Virus record (IMG/VR): IMGVR_UViG_3300000547_000002
Location: 15,181 to 79,180 of that record
Origin: a virus
Length of the DNA stretch: 64,000 nt
Reading direction: 5' to 3' (one strand)
Shown: piece after piece, positions 49,721 to 58,522 of the stretch
How positions within the stretch are numbered: the first letter of the stretch is position 1
Layout: every line of letters starts with the position of its first letter
The notes under the pieces: generated by a model
The model's input: only the letters and a program-made list of their open reading frames with translations
Databases searched by the model: none
What the model was told of the DNA's origin: nothing
Translations under genes and position numbers: made by a program

Positions 49721-51961
49721 TTATTCGCTGCCTCCGCTACTAGCCTGCACATTATTCACCAAGTTAGATATTAGATTATTTGTATTACCAGGGACTGCCA
49801 AAGCAGAATCGCCACCGGATTCTGATTGATTTCTTAATCTAGTTAATTGTAAACTTTGTGTAAATTTGTTAGCGGATATATTGTTTGTTACTAAGTTGAT
49901 TTTATATATGCCGCTGAATTGGCTTACAGTTTCGCCGCCTATTTCGGGAAATTTCATCTGACCATAAGAACTAGATTCGTTTTCAATATCATAATCAACA
50001 GGAGTTTTAAAATTTATAATTAGATACGGCTCATTGTTTTGATAATCAACTGTTCTGTCGATAGTAGTTTGAGGCTGGGTTGTATCTGATTTAGAAGTAT
50101 AGTTTCCTATTCCGCTGTCTGCTATATAATAAGGATCTCCCCAAATTTCAAGATCTAGAGTTATTAAGTCGGACGGGCTGTTTAAAATTAAGTCATTGTA
50201 GTCTCTAGCTATTTGATTTGCTGGACTTTGAGGCACGTCGCCCGAAGGACCTCTTTCGCCATTATTTGCATTTGCTCTTCCTTCTAGCGGAGGTGAAGGT
50301 TCCGAAGTGTCATTGTTGCCATCGCCTGCTCGATATGTGACTTGTTCCTCATTTGATCGATTTAGAATTGAATCAGAAGATAGCTGTCCAAAATCATATC
50401 TAATTCCTGCATAGAAAGAATGATTAAAATTTAAATCAAAATTTATAATATCATCATTTTTTCCTGTGTATATGTAATCATAGGATTTTGGTATTAAAGC
50501 TCTTAGTTTGTCTATGCCTTTTGTAATAGTTGCAGGATGATTGAAATAAAATTCACTTACTTTATAGGGAATAACTTTAAAGACAAAAATCTTTGCAGAT
50601 CTTTTTCTTTTTCTTTCGTTTTCTTGACTTGCTTGATTATAAACATCAGTTTCTATTCTAAAATATTTTTTACGGCCTTGGTCATCTGATGGTTCATTTA
50701 CAAGCTGTTCTCCATAAGCGCTCATTAAAATAAGTTCTTCTATAATTTCTTGTATGCGCATTCCCCACTTAAAGGTAACTGCTAATAAGTCTTGTCTGAC
50801 CCGGACTGCTCCTCTTTCGAAATATGTCACACCATCGATCTCTGCTTCGACATCTTCAGGCCTTCCCATAAGTCTAGTTCCGGTATCAAAAGGATCCGTT
50901 GATAATTTTGATAGACCAATTTCATTAATATTTCCAGGATCTTCTACTATTTCTTTAATTTGGTCTAGTGTGACTCCCGAGGACGCAGTAACACTATCAT
51001 TAGACTGGTTATCAGTTACAGTTGCTCCTTGGTTTTGTTCTTGCGCTGCGGTTATTTGTGCAGACAAAGACTCACCGTTTTTTGGAAATGCTATTACATA
51101 TTGATCCGGTTCTGGTCTATTTTCGGCATCTTTTTCTGCAAGTTGTCTTTCATTAAGAATACCAGTAAGACTAGAGAGATTATCTTGTTCTATTTGTAAG
51201 AAATCAGCAATTGTGCTGCCTCTTAATTGCACGTCTTCAAGAACTGTCTGGATTTCATCGATTAATGCTATTTCATTATAGGCGTATGCATTAACATCGT
51301 AGGTTGTTCCTTCTGTGCCGACACTAAACTCTATTCCAGATAATCTTAAAGGTATCCATCTAGTAGTATTAGGAATTTCTACATAAGTCCCGTCGTCGTT
51401 CCAACCAACAAACTGTACTCCTAGAATATAAGGAACATCTATATAGGATAAATTGCTATTTTCGTTAGCAGCCCTTTCTGGATATGCGTCAAAAGCTGTT
51501 ACAGCTAGAGTTTGTAGCAAATTTCCCATAGAATACGGCTCTTGCAGCTTAAAATTAATCAGTGTTGCATTTGTTTGTCGTGTTTGACTGTTAGGAGCAA
51601 GAATCGATTGTATTTCAACATCGTCTATAAAATATTCAGTAGTTATACCAAATTCTTTTTCGTATGCAGTAGGTATTTGTTTACTTCCAGAGCCCCCCGA
51701 TCGTGCTATAATCCTTTGAGGACCTTGTGTTCTATACGTATTATCTGGATCATTTAACTCGTTTGTAGTTAGCATCCCAAATGTAAGGATACAACTGTAA
51801 GATGTAAAACTGGAGAGAACATTAGGAAATAGCGAATTAGTTTCTTGGTCTTCCTGTATAGCAGGCGCTAAAGAATTATCCAACAGTCCGGTTGTTCCTA
51901 GCCTGTCGGCTCTAGGACCAACTGCTAGAGAATTACTGCTAATGTTAACTTGGCTTACCAT
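49721..51961 (-). CDS. Putative baseplate hub protein (gp27-like position)
   Basis: Lies between gp53-like and gp5-like genes; C-terminal LEIWGDPYY...FSGIYKI..V.N......FTQSLQLTR resembles hub proteins. Confidence 0.55.
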   Translation of the reverse strand: MVSQVNISSNSLAVGPRADRLGTTGLLDNSLAPAIQEDQETNSLFPNVLSSFTSYSCILTFGMLTTNELNDPDNTYRTQGPQRIIARSGGSGSKQIPTAYEKEFGITTEYFIDDVEIQSILAPNSQTRQTNATLINFKLQEPYSMGNLLQTLAVTAFDAYPERAANENSNLSYIDVPYILGVQFVGWNDDGTYVEIPNTTRWIPLRLSGIEFSVGTEGTTYDVNAYAYNEIALIDEIQTVLEDVQLRGSTIADFLQIEQDNLSSLTGILNERQLAEKDAENRPEPDQYVIAFPKNGESLSAQITAAQEQNQGATVTDNQSNDSVTASSGVTLDQIKEIVEDPGNINEIGLSKLSTDPFDTGTRLMGRPEDVEAEIDGVTYFERGAVRVRQDLLAVTFKWGMRIQEIIEELILMSAYGEQLVNEPSDDQGRKKYFRIETDVYNQASQENERKRKRSAKIFVFKVIPYKVSEFYFNHPATITKGIDKLRALIPKSYDYIYTGKNDDIINFDLNFNHSFYAGIRYDFGQLSSDSILNRSNEEQVTYRAGDGNNDTSEPSPPLEGRANANNGERGPSGDVPQSPANQIARDYNDLILNSPSDLITLDLEIWGDPYYIADSGIGNYTSKSDTTQPQTTIDRTVDYQNNEPYLIINFKTPVDYDIENESSSYGQMKFPEIGGETVSQFSGIYKINLVTNNISANKFTQSLQLTRLRNQSESGGDSALAVPGNTNNLISNLVNNVQASSGGSE

Positions 51962-52263
51962 TATAAACCTAACACTTCTCTCAATCTTGGTCCTTGCGGT
52001 ATGTAGATTTCTAATCCGGGGACTAGATCATATATAGGATCTTTAATTATATCCATGTTTCTTTGTGCAAATACCCACCATAATTTATGATTACCATATA
52101 TACCATAAGCAAGTAGATCTGGTCTATATGTAAATTGTGGCTCTACAGTATATAAAACATCGTCGTCGGATGCAGGTACAGGCCTGATTGATAATAAATC
52201 AAGATATTGGTCGTTAATAATATCGGTTTTATACCAGGGAGAGTTCGAAGTGTATTGTGCCAT
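51961..52263 (-). CDS. Baseplate wedge protein, gp53-like (LysM-like)
   Basis: YTVE...RPDLLAYGIYGNHKLWWVFAQRN...IKDP. Confidence 0.8.
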   Translation of the reverse strand: MAQYTSNSPWYKTDIINDQYLDLLSIRPVPASDDDVLYTVEPQFTYRPDLLAYGIYGNHKLWWVFAQRNMDIIKDPIYDLVPGLEIYIPQGPRLREVLGL

Positions 52264-53036
52264 TAGATAAATCTACCTCCTTGGCCCTGTTGGATATATT
52301 CCCCTTTAACAAATTTATTAAGACTAAAATTGTTAACAGCATTTCTGCTGTAGGTTGGGAATACAGTTACAGAAATTTCTGATCTTGTAGGAACGTACGA
52401 TCCTTGCGGACCTTCAGGAACTTGCAGATAATCAACGTCTTCCGGAAGTGTTATTGTGTATTGTTCGATTACCACAGGAACATTTTTGAAAATGTAATCA
52501 CCATAACCGTTTAGTTTTACTACTGGAGGAGGTGCGCCTGTATTAGAACTTTGCTCACCGTAGGCCATTTTAGTTACAGATCTAAGATATTGATTGGCAG
52601 CAATCCAATATTTTCCTTCTTGGGCATTTTCTACCGTAAATGTTCCCGTTATTACAAATTGATCTACAGAGCTATTTTGGTAGATCGGAAAAGGATAATT
52701 AGAATGCGTAGGTGCCAACTTGTCATAATTAGCAGTATACGCAATATAAATATTAGGAGTATATGGAAAAACTAAACCTCCTGTATCTATCACAGGTGTC
52801 ATTAGGCTTTCTTCGCCTTTAAGCAATTCTTCGTAGTTAGGAGGCACGCTTAATTTGACACGCCAATCTATTGCGTCACTATTAAATGTTCCTTGTGCTA
52901 CAGAACCAGTAGGTGCTAAACCGTCTTTAGGAAGTCCGCCAAAAAGATCTTTTAATGGATCAGGGACTAGACTTCCTGCTGCTTTAGCAACTCCTCCGGC
53001 AATACCGCCAACTGCTTCAGGGACGTTAAAGGCCAT
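52263..53036 (-). CDS. Baseplate / tail-tube initiator-like protein (gp48/gp54-like)
   Basis: FPYTP...GAPPPVVKLNGYG..IF.NVPVV motif typical of tube-cap proteins; position in the baseplate module. Confidence 0.55.
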   Translation of the reverse strand: MAFNVPEAVGGIAGGVAKAAGSLVPDPLKDLFGGLPKDGLAPTGSVAQGTFNSDAIDWRVKLSVPPNYEELLKGEESLMTPVIDTGGLVFPYTPNIYIAYTANYDKLAPTHSNYPFPIYQNSSVDQFVITGTFTVENAQEGKYWIAANQYLRSVTKMAYGEQSSNTGAPPPVVKLNGYGDYIFKNVPVVIEQYTITLPEDVDYLQVPEGPQGSYVPTRSEISVTVFPTYSRNAVNNFSLNKFVKGEYIQQGQGGRFI

Positions 53037-53059
53037 AAATTACTCCTTACAGTATTTAG

Positions 53060-53088
53060 TTGACAAAATTAACTGCGTATATTATAAT
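53060..53088 (+). promoter_or_regulatory. Perfect-consensus sigma70 promoter for the gp55-like gene
   Basis: TTGACA (53060-53065), 17-nt spacer, TATAAT (53083-53088), then AGGAG and a TTG start. Confidence 0.85.
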
Positions 53089-53113
53089 AAATTCAATAAT
53101 TTAGGAGAACTCA

Positions 53114-53953
53114 TTGAGAAAAGTCAATTACCTTAACAACAGAGATTTATTAAAAGAGATACACAAATCAAAAACTACATTTTGTTCCTTTTCGCAACCA
53201 GAATATCATCAGTACGACATTATTCTACCGTCGTTAGAAAAGATCAATATCAGAACAATCGCAGAAGCAAAAAGAAACAAAGCAAAACGACTTTCTCAGG
53301 CAGATTTTGAGGCAAGAAAACAGGCAGGCGAAAAGGTAAAACAGGCAGACTGCGAAATAGACTATAAAAAAATCACAAAGGGTGAGCTTATATTTCGCAT
53401 AATGACATTCGATCATATTCCAGAAGAACCTGGCAGAAAAAAGAATCCAAAGACCATAGCAGACACAAAAACCAAACTAAACTTTCCTCCATTCCAGCAC
53501 TGGAAATTTGATGAAAACGACAACTTGGTATGTGTAGGCAAGTCGCATTGGTCAGGTGATGTAGAAACAGGCGAATTTTCTAAAACAAAAGGTCAGGCCA
53601 CAGATAAACTTGCTCGTATGTGGCTGAAGCTCGTAGACAGGTATGCAACAAAAGGCAATGTTCGTGGTTATACCTATAACGACGAAATGAAAGGGCAGGC
53701 TATTCTGCAGTTATCGCAGATTGGTCTTCAGTTTGATGAATCTAAATCAAACAATCCTTTCGCTTACTATACCGCAGCAGTCACAAACTCATTTGTTAGA
53801 ATAATCAACATTGAAAAGAAAAACCAAAATATCAGAGACGATATCCTTGAAATGAACGACCTTAATCCTTCCTATACAAGAACCCACAATAACGAATGGG
53901 AACATGCTATGAGAAGAGAACAACTATGGAACAGCGATGACCCCAACGCTTGA
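53114..53953 (+). CDS. Late-transcription sigma factor, T4 gp55-like
   Basis: YLNNRDLL N-terminus; GYTYNDEM...FDESKSNNPFAYYT....NSF.RII..EKK; adjacent to gp47/gp46. Confidence 0.85.
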   Translation: MRKVNYLNNRDLLKEIHKSKTTFCSFSQPEYHQYDIILPSLEKINIRTIAEAKRNKAKRLSQADFEARKQAGEKVKQADCEIDYKKITKGELIFRIMTFDHIPEEPGRKKNPKTIADTKTKLNFPPFQHWKFDENDNLVCVGKSHWSGDVETGEFSKTKGQATDKLARMWLKLVDRYATKGNVRGYTYNDEMKGQAILQLSQIGLQFDESKSNNPFAYYTAAVTNSFVRIINIEKKNQNIRDDILEMNDLNPSYTRTHNNEWEHAMRREQLWNSDDPNA

Positions 53954-53989
53954 TATTGGGGTTGACTTTTTTCTTAAAGATCATAATAT
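53940..53989 (+). promoter_or_regulatory. Hairpin (possible terminator) overlapping a sigma70-like promoter for gp47
   Basis: ACCCCAA/TTGGGGT stem followed by a T-run; TTGACT (53962) - 16 nt - TAATAT (53984). Confidence 0.45.
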
Positions 53990-53997
53990 TATAACAT

Positions 53998-55008
53998 ATG
54001 TTTGATAAAGCAGCAGTATTCACAGACCTACACTTGGGTCTAAAATCTAACTCTCGTATACACAATCAGGACTGCGAAGATTTTGTAGACTGGTTTATAG
54101 AACAAGCAAAAGCAAACGGTTGCGAAACTGGTATATTCTGCGGGGATCTGCATCACAACAGAAACTCGCTTAATATTACCACAATGCAGCATTCGCTTCG
54201 CATACTTGAACGACTAGGCGCTGCGTTTGACCAGTTCTTTTACTTTCCTGGCAATCACGATCTCTACTATAAAGACAAGAGAGACGTGCATTCTGTAGAG
54301 TATGCAAAGCACGTACCTGGCATCACCGTTGTCAATGAAATGTTTGAAGACGATGACGTTGCTCTTGTTCCGTGGTTAGTAGACGATGAATGGAAACGAA
54401 CTGCGAAGATGAAATCACGCTATATGTTTGGTCATTTTGAACTGCCGCACTTCTATATGAACGCAATGGTACAGATGCCAGACAACGGTGAACTAAAAGC
54501 AGAACACTTTCAAAATCAAGAATATGTGTTCTCAGGACACTTTCACAAGCGTCAGCAGCAGGGCAAAATACACTACATTGGCAATGCTTTTCCTCACAAT
54601 TTCGCAGACGCCTGGGACGATGCGAGAGGTATGATGATTCTTGACAAGAAGAACAACCGAGAACCTCAGTATATTGACTGGCCAGATTGTCCCAAGTATA
54701 GAACGGTCAAGCTGTCAGAACTTTTAGAGCCTGACAAAAACATTGCTGTTCCAAAGTCTTACCTGCGAGTCACACTTGACTTGCCTATTTCTTTTGAAGA
54801 AGCAACATTTATCAAAGAAACTTACATTGAACAACACGGCTGTAGAGAAATCACTCTTATTCCGCAAAAGCAGATTGAGGAAATCTCCACAGACGTTGAC
54901 ATAGAATCATTTGAATCCGTAGATGAGATTGTCTCCAAGGAACTTACCGCAATTGAATCAGATTCTTTTGACAATAGAAAATTATTACAGATTTACGGAG
55001 AATTATAA
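53998..55008 (+). CDS. Recombination nuclease subunit, T4 gp47 / Mre11 / SbcD-like
   Basis: DLH, GD, GNHD, GHFE and SGHFH metallophosphoesterase motifs. Confidence 0.92.
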   Translation: MFDKAAVFTDLHLGLKSNSRIHNQDCEDFVDWFIEQAKANGCETGIFCGDLHHNRNSLNITTMQHSLRILERLGAAFDQFFYFPGNHDLYYKDKRDVHSVEYAKHVPGITVVNEMFEDDDVALVPWLVDDEWKRTAKMKSRYMFGHFELPHFYMNAMVQMPDNGELKAEHFQNQEYVFSGHFHKRQQQGKIHYIGNAFPHNFADAWDDARGMMILDKKNNREPQYIDWPDCPKYRTVKLSELLEPDKNIAVPKSYLRVTLDLPISFEEATFIKETYIEQHGCREITLIPQKQIEEISTDVDIESFESVDEIVSKELTAIESDSFDNRKLLQIYGEL

Positions 55009-55553
55009 TGGAGATAATTCAACTATTTCCAACATACGTTTTTACAAAAAAATGTAATTTAGATTTGAAAAAAATTAAAAAAGACTGCTTAGACCACATT
55101 TCTAACACTAAAAGCAGTAGTATATCAAGCACAGGTTATCAACACTATAATTTTGACTGCAAAGTTCTTTCTAAAGAACTTAAAGAATCTATCCCTCAGA
55201 GAGAAGATCTTCCTTTAAAAAGTATTAAAAACAGTTTTTGGGTTAACATTAACTACAAAAATCAGCATAACATCTTACATTCTCACGACCCTTTTTGTGA
55301 CAATGCTCTAAGTGGTGTTTTTTACGTACAAACTCCAAAAGATTGTGGAAATATCAGACTTTATGATCCTAGATATACACTGACAAGTGCACCTGATCTA
55401 AAATATTATAACAATGCAAGTCCGTGCCACATATTTACACCAGAACCTAATTTATTATTAATATTTCCTTCTTGGCTTCAACATTTAGTAGAGCCGAACA
55501 ACTCAGATGAACAAAGAATAAGCATTTCGTTTAACATACAATTAGAATACTAA
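55008..55553 (+). CDS. Putative 2OG-Fe(II) oxygenase (TIGR02466-like)
   Basis: HSH...LSGVFYV...DPR...LLIFPSWLQHLV.PN....RISISFN. Confidence 0.85.
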   Translation: MEIIQLFPTYVFTKKCNLDLKKIKKDCLDHISNTKSSSISSTGYQHYNFDCKVLSKELKESIPQREDLPLKSIKNSFWVNINYKNQHNILHSHDPFCDNALSGVFYVQTPKDCGNIRLYDPRYTLTSAPDLKYYNNASPCHIFTPEPNLLLIFPSWLQHLVEPNNSDEQRISISFNIQLEY

Positions 55554-55554
55554 A

Positions 55555-57324
55555 ATGATTAAATTTAAAGATCTAACCGTGAAGAACTTTATGTCTGTGG
55601 GCAATAGAACACAGGCAGTTGATTTTTCAAACGAGCAACTTACCCTTGTCCTTGGTGAAAACTTAGATCAAGGAGGTGACGATTCTGGATCACGCAACGG
55701 CACGGGTAAGACTACTATCATCAACGCACTTTCGTATGCGCTCTATGGCAGTGCGTTGACTAACATAAAAAAGAACAACCTTATCAACAAGACCAACTCC
55801 AAACATATGTTGGTCACGCTGCACTTTGAAAAGGACGGTGTGGATTATAGGATTGAAAGAGGTCGTTCCCCCAATGTGTTGAAGTTCTATATCAACGACG
55901 AAGAACAGAACTTCACAGACGAATCACAGGGCGATTCTCGTCAGACTCAGGACGAAATCAATCGTCTGTTGGGTATGAGTCACGACATGTTCAAGCACGT
56001 GGTTGCTCTAAACACCTACTCTGAACCGTTCTTAAGTATGCGACAGAATGATCAGAGAGCAATTATTGAGCAGTTGTTGGGCATTACTATTCTGTCTGAA
56101 AAAGCAGAAAGTCTCAAAGAACAGATCAAACAGACAAAGTTTTTAATCACAGAAGAAACCACAAAGATAGAAGCAATACAGGCTGCTAATTCTCGTATTG
56201 AAGAAACTATCAAAAGTCTCAACACAAAACAGAGTGCGTGGCAGACCAAGCACAACAAAGACTGTGAAAAACTGGAACAAGCAATAGAAGACCTTGAGCA
56301 ATTAGACATTGAACAAGAACTGGAAAATCACGAAAAACTGCAGAGTTGGCAGGAGTTTAACTCTGCACTAACGGCTCTTAATAAAGAAAAAAGCACGCTT
56401 GAGGCTGCTCAACTACGCGCCCAAGACTCTGTGAAAAAGGTCGAAAAAGACATCTTAGATTTGGAAGATGCTGTGTGCTATGCCTGCGGACAAGAACTAC
56501 ACGCAGACAAAAAACAAGAAATTATCGACAAAAAAGCAAAAGAACTGCAGGACGCAGAAGCCTATCTCAAAGAAGTTTCTGACAAATTAGATGATGTTTT
56601 AAAAGGCATTTCTGAGATAGGCGAGCTTGATGCTAAACCTACTACATTCTACGAATCACAGAAAGAAGCCTATGAACATAGAAACAATGTAGACGGTTTG
56701 AAGAAAAGCCTAGAAGACAAGAAGGCCGAAGAAGATCCCTATCAAGCACAGATAGACGAACTTTCTAACGAAGCACTGCAGACAATTGACTGGTCACCTG
56801 TAAACGATCTAACAGACATGAAAGAACATCAAGAGTTTCTGCTGAAACTGCTTACAAACAAAGACTCATTTATCCGCAAGAAGATTATAGATCAAAACCT
56901 TGCCTATCTCAATAACAGATTGACATTCTATCTTGACAAGTTGGGCTTGCCACATCTCGTAGAGTTCCAAAATGATCTGTCAGTTGAGATTACACAGTTA
57001 GGTCAGGATCTAGACTTTGACAATCTTTCAAGAGGCGAAAGAAATAGGCTTATACTTGGCCTTTCATTTGCGTTTAGAGACGTATGGGAAAGCCTCTATC
57101 AAAACATCAATCTGCTGTTCATCGACGAGTTGATTGACAGCGGTTTAGATAGTTCGGGTGTTGAAAACTCTCTACACGTGTTGAAGAAGATTGGCAGAGA
57201 AAGAGAAAAGAACATATTCCTAATCTCTCACAGAGACGAACTTGTAGGAAGAGTAAACTACATTTTGAAAGTAATCAAAGAAGGCGGATTTACTTCTTAT
57301 TCAGACGACATAGAAGTTGTATAA
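55555..57324 (+). CDS. Recombination ATPase, T4 gp46 / Rad50 / SbcC-like
   Basis: Walker A NGTGKT, zinc hook CYAC in coiled coil, signature LSRGE, Walker B LLFIDE, ISH. Confidence 0.95.
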   Translation: MIKFKDLTVKNFMSVGNRTQAVDFSNEQLTLVLGENLDQGGDDSGSRNGTGKTTIINALSYALYGSALTNIKKNNLINKTNSKHMLVTLHFEKDGVDYRIERGRSPNVLKFYINDEEQNFTDESQGDSRQTQDEINRLLGMSHDMFKHVVALNTYSEPFLSMRQNDQRAIIEQLLGITILSEKAESLKEQIKQTKFLITEETTKIEAIQAANSRIEETIKSLNTKQSAWQTKHNKDCEKLEQAIEDLEQLDIEQELENHEKLQSWQEFNSALTALNKEKSTLEAAQLRAQDSVKKVEKDILDLEDAVCYACGQELHADKKQEIIDKKAKELQDAEAYLKEVSDKLDDVLKGISEIGELDAKPTTFYESQKEAYEHRNNVDGLKKSLEDKKAEEDPYQAQIDELSNEALQTIDWSPVNDLTDMKEHQEFLLKLLTNKDSFIRKKIIDQNLAYLNNRLTFYLDKLGLPHLVEFQNDLSVEITQLGQDLDFDNLSRGERNRLILGLSFAFRDVWESLYQNINLLFIDELIDSGLDSSGVENSLHVLKKIGREREKNIFLISHRDELVGRVNYILKVIKEGGFTSYSDDIEVV

Positions 57325-57596
57325 TGCCCAAAAGAGTACCAGAGCGAGATAGAAAATTAGTTTATGACGAGGAGGATGACACACATGACATGCTCATCAA
57401 AGCGTACCTTGAATATTACAAACATAACGAAGCGTTTGAAAAAAGGCGCTCGTTTAGAACTTACAGACACGCTAGGCGTTGGCTTAGGGAAGTGCAATAT
57501 CTATCGCGTGTAAGGCAAGACGAAATAATCAACTCATATAAGGCAACAAAACATCTCCGCGCTAAAAAACCAAAAGGCACCGACAATTCCAACTGA
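57324..57596 (+). CDS. Hypothetical basic helical protein
   Basis: 90-aa ORF coupled to gp46 by a TAATG overlap. Confidence 0.65.
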   Translation: MPKRVPERDRKLVYDEEDDTHDMLIKAYLEYYKHNEAFEKRRSFRTYRHARRWLREVQYLSRVRQDEIINSYKATKHLRAKKPKGTDNSN

Positions 57597-57613
57597 TAGG
57601 CTTATATACGTCC

Positions 57614-58051
57614 ATGTCACAATGGACTTATCAAGGCAAACCCGTGGACAGTATACCTGACGAATATGAAGGTTTTGTCTACTTGATAACGAATCTCACC
57701 AACGGGCGCAAATACATAGGCAAAAAACTAGCCAAATTCAAAACTTCAAAACCACCCCTTAAAGGCAAAAAAAACAGAAGAAGAGGATACCGAGAAAGTG
57801 ACTGGCAGGACTACTGGGGTAGTTCTGACAAATTACAGGCAGACGTTGAAGCGTTAGGCACGGAAAATTTTTCAAGAGAGATACTGTATTTTTGCACATC
57901 ACGCGCAGAAATGAGCTATCTAGAGGCAAAGGAACAGTTCGACCGCCGTGTGTTAGAGACAGAAGAATACTATAATGGTATTATAAATGTGAGAGTAGGC
58001 GGATCACGAGTTCTCATCGAATCACTACAAAGGCGCAACGAACAAGGCTAA
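57614..58051 (+). CDS. Stand-alone GIY-YIG (Seg-like) endonuclease
   Basis: GFVYLITN..NGRKYIG, YWGSS, conserved Glu helix (YLEAKEQ), YYN. 145 aa with no separate C-terminal DNA-binding domain. Confidence 0.88.
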   Translation: MSQWTYQGKPVDSIPDEYEGFVYLITNLTNGRKYIGKKLAKFKTSKPPLKGKKNRRRGYRESDWQDYWGSSDKLQADVEALGTENFSREILYFCTSRAEMSYLEAKEQFDRRVLETEEYYNGIINVRVGGSRVLIESLQRRNEQG

Positions 58052-58054
58052 CAA

Positions 58055-58405
58055 GGACTACGCTGGCAAGGAATGCCCGTCTTGAGGACGCATGAAAGAC
58101 TGCGTTCAGATTCTGACGTGTCCGCGTGAGAAGTATACGAAAGGCTTCAAAAGATTGGTGCTCTGAGAAAAAGCAACACCACGGCAAGTGATTTCGCTTG
58201 ACAGGGATACACTGCCGCCCGTTGATATGACGAAGCTGGAGTAAGGGGTACAGGTCAACCGCCTCTGCTGCTGTAAAGCAAATCTCCTGTGTCAAGTATG
58301 GCTGACTCTACTCAGATGATGTTCAAGCCGTATCTTCGCCCTGTTGGGCGAAGTATGACCTCACTATCTAGATGATATTTAAGAAGCAGCACATACGTGC
58401 TGCCT
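58055..58405 (+). ncRNA. Putative large structured non-coding RNA (family not recognised; boundaries approximate)
   Basis: GC-elevated gap with many helices, G-U pairs and a GUAA tetraloop in the + sense, and two long-range pseudoknot-type complementarities. Confidence 0.6.
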
Positions 58406-58450
58406 AATGCCACTTGTTTGTGTTGTCTTATATCACAGAAAGACAGTTGT

Positions 58451-58500
58451 AGTTTGAGCGACAAGCGAAAACTTGTATTAGCGAAGCTAATACATAAATA
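58451..58500 (+). promoter_or_regulatory. Two hairpins (tandem-GA stem; GCGAAGC-core stem) abutting late promoter CATAAATA
   Basis: AGTTT-GA-GC..GC-GA-AAACT (58451-58473); TGTATTAGC-GAA-GCTAATACA (58474-58494); CATAAATA (58493-58500). Confidence 0.55.
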
Positions 58501-58522
58501 CTAAAATAACCTGGATTATGTT

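Noticed and set aside
58014-58295. 93-aa minus-strand ORF over the structured region
   Set aside because: No SD or recognisable motif, atypical composition and antisense overlap with the GIY-YIG gene; probably a chance ORF.
58308-58405. CRISPR or TIGR array
   Set aside because: Only two imperfect 15-nt copies, no canonical box C/D pair and no cas or Nop-domain gene in the window.
58052-58522. Group I or II intron, RNase P RNA, tmRNA or tRNA as the identity of the structured region
   Set aside because: GACTA (58056) has no TAGTC P7 partner. AAGCCGTAT (58325) resembles group II domain V but the matching 3' strand is missing. No interrupted gene, RNase P GAGGAAAGTCC, tmRNA ends or cloverleaf was found.
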